From: Alphaproteobacteria bacterium
GTDB lineage: Bacteria > Pseudomonadota > Alphaproteobacteria > UBA828
Reading direction: 5' to 3'
Assembly: GCA_965237415.1 (NCBI GenBank)
Contig: CBDEFM010000002.1
Span: forward strand, 192,001 to 256,000
Length of the DNA stretch: 64,000 nucleotides
Both the position numbers and the translations under genes were made by a program. The notes beneath the pieces were generated by a model. It saw only the letters and a program-made list of their open reading frames with translations, ran no database searches and was not told the DNA's origin. Shown here in pieces: positions 58,887 to 64,000 of this stretch; the stretch's first letter is position 1, and every line of letters begins with the position of its first letter.

Positions 58887-59894
58887 TCAGGCGAGGTCTA
58901 GTCTCGCCCGGTTTGCGCCGATGCTGGCGGTAATGCGGTGCGCGACCTCTAGCGAGCGCACGCCGTCGGCGCCGGTCACCGCCGGCACTCCGCCCGTCCT
59001 GACCGTTTGCGCGAACGATTCGATCTCGCGCTGGAGCGGATCCCCCTGCTCGAAGTTCAGGCGCTCGAGCACCACGCTGTCGAGCCCCGCAGGCTCCGCG
59101 GCGCCCTCCCTCCTGCGTGCGACCGTCACGCTGCGGTCGCCATGGTCCACCTTGATGTAGACATCGGACTGGAAGATGCGCAGCGTGCGCTCTGTCTTGA
59201 GGCTGACCCGGCTCGCGGTGACATTGGCGACACAGCCATTGGCAAACTTGAGCCGGGCGTTGGCGATATCTTCGTTCGCCGAGAACACGGGCGCGCCCAC
59301 GGCGTCGACGTCGGCGACCGGCGCATCGACCAGCGCCAGGATGATGTCGATATCGTGGATCATCAGGTCGAAGACGACGCTCACGTCCGTGCCCCGCTGC
59401 GAGAACGGCGCAATTCGGACCGATTCGATATAGACCGGCCGGGTGATACGCGGCGCGACGGTGCGGAAGGCGTCGGAGAAGCGCTCGATCAGGCCGACCT
59501 GAAGCACCAGCCCCTTGGCCTCAGCCAGCGCCGTGAGCGTCTGGGCGGTGTCCACGGCCTTGGTGAGAGGTTTTTCGACCAGCACATGGATCCCGGCATC
59601 GAGGAGGTCTTTCACCACGCCGTAGTGCGCGGCGGCAGGTACGGCGACCGAGACCGCATCGACCCGGCCGATGAGCGCGCGGTGATCGGGCGCGGCCTCG
59701 GTCCCGAGCCGGGTAGCCACATCGGCGGCACGTGCCTGGTCGGTGTCGGCGACCGCGACCAGGCGGGCACCGTCGAGCGCGGCCATCTTCTCGGCGTGGT
59801 AACGCCCGAAATGGCCGACGCCGACCACGCCGAGCCGGAGCGGGCCGTCAGCGCCTTCCCGCGCTCCCTCCCGCGTCGCGGTGCTTGGCGCCAC
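58887..59894 (-). CDS. Gfo/Idh/MocA family oxidoreductase
   Basis: GVGHFG, HVLVEKP, DLMIHDID, ANVTASRVS. Confidence 0.93.
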   Translation of the reverse strand: MAPSTATREGAREGADGPLRLGVVGVGHFGRYHAEKMAALDGARLVAVADTDQARAADVATRLGTEAAPDHRALIGRVDAVSVAVPAAAHYGVVKDLLDAGIHVLVEKPLTKAVDTAQTLTALAEAKGLVLQVGLIERFSDAFRTVAPRITRPVYIESVRIAPFSQRGTDVSVVFDLMIHDIDIILALVDAPVADVDAVGAPVFSANEDIANARLKFANGCVANVTASRVSLKTERTLRIFQSDVYIKVDHGDRSVTVARRREGAAEPAGLDSVVLERLNFEQGDPLQREIESFAQTVRTGGVPAVTGADGVRSLEVAHRITASIGANRARLDLA

Positions 59895-59901
59895 AGCCGC
59901 C

Positions 59902-61194
59902 TCAGGCCGCCTCGTCGACGAAGAGCTCCGCCAGCTCGAAGCGATCCTGGGTCATGTAGGCGAGACCCTTCGTGCTGATGCGGTAGTAGGGGATGGTGAC
60001 GAGCGAGACGAATTCGAGATTCATCTGCGGCGTTTCAAGCTCGCACCCCATGTCACGCCACGCGTCTATCCGCTTGTATTGAGGCTCGAAAAGCGCGTCG
60101 AACGGAAGGTCGGTGGCGAGCCCGTTTAGCGGGGTCGGCAGCGAAGCCTCGACCGAGCCGTTGCGGAGCGCGATGAAGCCGCCGTCCATCTTGATGGTCT
60201 CGTTGGCAGCCGCTGCCATGTCCTCGTCGGAGGCGCCGACCAGCACGGTGTTCTGGTTGAAGACGTTGGCGGTGGTGCCGATGCAGCCTTCCTTGATCCC
60301 GAAACCCTTGACGAAGGCGACGCCCACCTCGCCGGTGCCCATGATCCGGTCGATCATGCAGATCTTGTTGATCCCGTTCTCGGGGTCCGCTTGGACGAAA
60401 CCGTCGACGACGCGAAGCGTCTCGACCGACCCCGGCGTCTCCAGGGAGCCGTCCCGCGCGTTGATGCACTGGACCTTCACGGTGTCGCCTGTGCCGTCCG
60501 GCGCCTTGATGCGAAAGTCTGCGGGTTCGAGTGCCCGATCGATGTTCATGGTGCCGTAAAGCCAGTCAGTGTAGGGCGGGTTCTCCAGCGGCGCGACGAG
60601 CTTGCCGCCTTCGACCCAGAGCTTGCCGTTGGCCATCACGCGGTCGATTTCGAAGCCTTCGAGGGTCTCGACGAACACGATGTCGGCGTATCGGCCCGCC
60701 GCGATCATGCCCATGTCGTGATTCACCCGGTAGAACTCGGCCGGCTGGATGGTGGACATCTGGATTGCGGTCATCGGGTCCAGGCCGTTCTGTACGGCGA
60801 CGCGGATCGCGTTGTCCATCTGCCCGCGCGCCAGCATCCAGTCTGGCGTGATCACGTCGGTGCAGAGCTGGTAGGCGCGGGGGTGGTAGCCTTCCTTAGT
60901 AATCACCGGAAGACATGCCTCTATATCCTTGCAAGCACTGCCTTCTCCAATCACGATCAATATGCCGAGCTCGGCCTGGCGGCGGGTCTCCGAGGCGGCG
61001 TCGATCACCTCGGTCCTGTCGCCGACCGTGTACTCGACATCGCCGACGGCGGCGATGCGCTCGCCCTTGATGGCGATCCCTTCGGCCTTGACGGTTCCTG
61101 TGTGCACGTTGACCACGCGGCCATTCGTGATGACCGTGTCGGCGGGCGCGTAGCCCATAGCCACGTCGATCGACGCTTCCCGCTGAAGCTCCAT
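59902..61194 (-). pseudogene. Adenine deaminase-like amidohydrolase with in-frame internal deletion
   Basis: N-terminus (VITNGRVVNV...VIDA) joined to the EGSA/CTD region; HxH metal motif region absent; C-terminal SLVTIP..RIS.KGL present. Confidence 0.8.
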
Positions 61195-61574
61195 GATCTC
61201 CCCCGGAATGGCTCGGTGACGGGCCGGCACCGTAGTCGGACTTGAGGGCCCCTTCAACCCGAGGCTCCGGCCGACCGCCGTGCCGACGGGTTCCCGTTTG
61301 CGCGGGTTATCGACCGGCGGCCGTGGGGCTTGAGCGACCAATCGGAGCGTGCAATTGACGGTCACGCACCGCCGTTGACGCTCAGCGTCGCCGATACGGC
61401 CGCGCTGCACGTCGACGATCGCCTCCGCATTCGGCTTGACCCACGCCGCACTTTTGTGTTCCCTGCGATACAGGACCTGTAGGCGGCAAGGCTGCGGGGC
61501 CGGGAACGCGAGGCGGACGGTACGCCCGCGACCGGCCGCCGCGACCGTCGCTGTCGTTAGACTGGAGTCGTGTC

Positions 61575-61838
61575 ATGGGTATTTCTATCTGGCAAATCCT
61601 TTTGATCGTCCTGGTGGTCGTGTTGCTGTTCGGCGCCGGCAAGCTGCCGCGCCTGATGGGCGACTTCGCCAAGGGCATCAAGAGCTTCAAGACCGGTATG
61701 CGCGAAGGCGAAGCGCCGCCGTCGGCACAGAGCTCGGCCGCAGCGGCCGAGTCTCCGCAGGAGCCCAAGGTGATCGAGAGCGAGGCCGCACCGATCGAGG
61801 CCAGCGCCGTCAAGAAGGACGAAGCCGTCAAGAGCTAG
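61575..61838 (+). CDS. tatA: Twin-arginine translocase TatA
   Basis: SIWQILLI...[23 protein letters not shown]. Confidence 0.96.
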   Translation: MGISIWQILLIVLVVVLLFGAGKLPRLMGDFAKGIKSFKTGMREGEAPPSAQSSAAAAESPQEPKVIESEAAPIEASAVKKDEAVKS

Positions 61839-61901
61839 ACTTAGACGCCGGACGGCCGCAGAGAAACAGGGAGATCGCCCGCTTCCGCAGCGGGAACAAA
61901 A

Positions 61902-62429
61902 ATGTTCGACATCGGCTGGCAAGAACTCATCATCCTGATGTTGATCGCCCTGATCGTCGTCGGGCCGAAGGATTTGCCGCGCATCGTCAAGACGGCGGGC
62001 CAGTGGATGGGCAAGGCGCGCGGCTATGCCCGCGACTTCCAGAGAACCATCGAGGAGGCCGCCGACGCGACCGAGATCGACGCGGTCAAGAAGGAGATCG
62101 ACGAGGCGAACCGCGAGCTCACCACCGCCCACCGCGATGTGGCGGAGGGCGCGGACGCGATAAAGCGAGATGTGGCCGAGAGTACCGACTCGATGAACAA
62201 AATGCTCAGCGAGGACGCCATGTCGCCGGCCAAGACGGCGGCCGCGAAGCCCAACGGCGGAGAACCGCCGAGCGGCCAGGCGGCGGGGGCGGACGGCGGT
62301 CAAGCGGAGTCTGCGGCCGCCGCGGCAGAGCCAGAACCCGCCGCCGCGCAGCCGGCTCCGGCGGCATCGCCGACAGAGACGCAAGGCGACGGGGCGGACG
62401 GTTCCCCCCCGCGCGGTGCGAGCGCCTAG
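61902..62429 (+). CDS. tatB: Twin-arginine translocase TatB
   Basis: MFDIGWQEL...VVGPKDLP. Confidence 0.96.
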   Translation: MFDIGWQELIILMLIALIVVGPKDLPRIVKTAGQWMGKARGYARDFQRTIEEAADATEIDAVKKEIDEANRELTTAHRDVAEGADAIKRDVAESTDSMNKMLSEDAMSPAKTAAAKPNGGEPPSGQAAGADGGQAESAAAAAEPEPAAAQPAPAASPTETQGDGADGSPPRGASA

Positions 62430-62568
62430 GCGCCCCGCCCGGTCCATTTTGCGGAATGTCGCGGCAGCACCAGTCTGGCACGTCAGTGTCACATAAGCTC
62501 AATCAAGGGGCGGCCCGCCCTCCAGCGCCGCGACGGTTCCGGGCGTTGTTCCAGTGAGTGCCTAGCCG

Positions 62569-63426
62569 GTGGTCGACAACATCGAGCTGACGCGCGCGCC
62601 GCTGATCGAGCATCTGATCGAGCTCAGGCGCCGTCTCGCCTTTGCAGCCATCGGGCTCGTGATCGCCTTTCTCGGCTGCTGGTACGTGGCCCAGGATATC
62701 TTCGCCTTCCTGGTCGAGCCGCTGCGCGAGGTGCTGGCCGACGGAGGGCACGACACCAACCTGATCTATACCCATCTGCTGGAGGCGTTCTTCACCGAGC
62801 TGAAGATCGCCTTTTGGGGCGCATTCTTCGTCTCCTTCCCGCTGATCGCGATGCAGTTCTGGATGTTCGTGGCGCCGGGGCTTTACAAGAAGGAGAAGAC
62901 GGCTGTCCTGCCCTTCCTGTTCATTACGCCGATCCTGTTTTTCTCAGGCGGCGCATTGGTTTACTACTTCATCTTCCCGCAAGCCTTCGATTTCTTCATC
63001 TCCTACCAGGACACAGCCACGGACGATCGTCTCGGCCTCGAACTGTTGCCGAAGATCGGCGAGTACTTGTCGCTGGTGATGAAGCTGATATTCGCCTTCG
63101 GCATCGCCTTCCAGTTACCGGTCATGCTGACGCTGATGGGCCGCGCCGGCCTCGCCACCTCTGCCGGGCTCAGGCGCAAGCGCAAGTACGCCATCGTCAT
63201 CGTGTTCATTGCGGCGGCGATCCTCACACCGCCCGATCTGTTCAGCCAGATCGGCCTCGGCATTCCGCTGATCGCGCTCTACGAGATATCGATCATCTCG
63301 GTCGGCTTCGTCGAGAAGAAGCGCCGCAAGAGGCAGGAAGAGGAAGAGGCGGCCTACGCCGAGATGGACGAGCTGCTCGCCGAGTACGAGGACAGCGAAG
63401 AGACCGATTTCAACTACGACCGCTAA
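62569..63426 (+). CDS. tatC: Twin-arginine translocase TatC
   Basis: PLIEHLIELRRRL, FVAPGLYKKEK, AFQLP, LTPPD. Confidence 0.97.
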   Translation: MVDNIELTRAPLIEHLIELRRRLAFAAIGLVIAFLGCWYVAQDIFAFLVEPLREVLADGGHDTNLIYTHLLEAFFTELKIAFWGAFFVSFPLIAMQFWMFVAPGLYKKEKTAVLPFLFITPILFFSGGALVYYFIFPQAFDFFISYQDTATDDRLGLELLPKIGEYLSLVMKLIFAFGIAFQLPVMLTLMGRAGLATSAGLRRKRKYAIVIVFIAAAILTPPDLFSQIGLGIPLIALYEISIISVGFVEKKRRKRQEEEEAAYAEMDELLAEYEDSEETDFNYDR

Positions 63427-63596
63427 GAGTCACCCGGCAATTGCCGTGACCTTCGGGCGTCCGCTCCATTTGCATAGGCTATTGGTGGAATACGAAGATT
63501 TGCGTTCGATAGCGAGCGCATCGCGCCTATGCTCGTCTTATCGGACTAACGCCGCACACGGCACGCCGGCGTGAGTCCCGAGGGGAGGGCATCGGA

Positions 63597-64000
63597 ATGA
63601 ACGCGACACATTTCTCTGCTCCGGCACATCGATCGACCCGTACGGGGCGAGGCCCCGCGATGCCGCGGGCGATTGCGGTCTTGGCCATGGCGGCGGCACT
63701 CGCGGCAGTCCCGGCCTACGACGCGGCGGCGGAGGAGGGACGCTCCGTTGCCAGCCATATCCAGGGAGCGGGGGAGACTGTGCGCCCCGTGGCCGTGATC
63801 GAGCGCGAGGATATCGCGTTCTCCGGCATGCGTACCGTCTCGGACCTGCTGCTGAGCCGGCTCACCTACAACAGCTTCGGCCTCCATCGCCCGTTGGTGC
63901 TCGGCACCGGTCGGGCCGCGGTCTTCATCAATGGTCGCCGCATATCGACGTGCGGGCGCGGATCGGCTGGGACGCCGAGTTGGCAGATATGGTCTTCGAT
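63597..64000 (+). CDS. TonB-dependent receptor plug domain, partial (runs off the window, may be truncated)
   Basis: Signal-like segment then PVAVIEREDIAFSGMRTVSDLL...VFINGRR. Confidence 0.65.
   Translation, partial: MNATHFSAPAHRSTRTGRGPAMPRAIAVLAMAAALAAVPAYDAAAEEGRSVASHIQGAGETVRPVAVIEREDIAFSGMRTVSDLLLSRLTYNSFGLHRPLVLGTGRAAVFINGRRISTCGRGSAGTPSWQIWSS

Noticed and set aside
194-63887. Many long overlapping ORFs antisense or frame-shifted to real genes (e.g. 10187-13174, 13579-15558, 25302-26933, 31245-33065)
   Set aside because: Arg/Pro/Ala-rich shadow ORFs expected in high-GC DNA; no motifs, and they overlap well-supported genes.
1-64000. tRNA/rRNA genes, integrase, reverse transcriptase/DGR, prophage genes
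   Set aside because: None recognised by eye; a covariance-model scan would be needed to exclude small RNAs.

Overview
High-GC (about 65-70% by eye) bacterial chromosome segment, most likely an alphaproteobacterium (class I LysRS, serS-surE-nlpD-DUF815 block, tatABC, DUF1674 motif; inference). Bases ~1.4-17 kb are a nested mobile region. It holds an intact ISNCY/IS1202-like IS with a 6-bp target duplication, an IS256, and an IS1595 whose two halves lie 11 kb apart. Between those halves are an IS256 remnant, gene fragments (topoisomerase III, autotransporter barrel) and an intact module: membrane-anchored coiled-coil protein, 1733-aa MOBF relaxase-helicase with repeated C-terminal domains, and three tandem ribbon-helix-helix genes. 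The remainder is housekeeping and catabolic/transport genes (two class III aminotransferases, sugar ABC, TRAP, branched-chain ABC, thiolase, gpmI, serS, surE, DinG-like helicase, lysS, tatABC). Highlights: (1) three copies of the 3' end of an SDR gene, differing mostly at synonymous sites, each delimiting a cargo cassette (a toxin-antitoxin pair, then a surface lipoprotein) with no integrase nearby; (2) an FMN alpha-hydroxy-acid dehydrogenase reading in frame into a DUF1674/SDHAF4-like peptide; (3) two enzymes with in-frame deletions of their catalytic cores; (4) a 10-bp-phased GGGAT array. All assignments come from motif recognition by eye; no searches were run.
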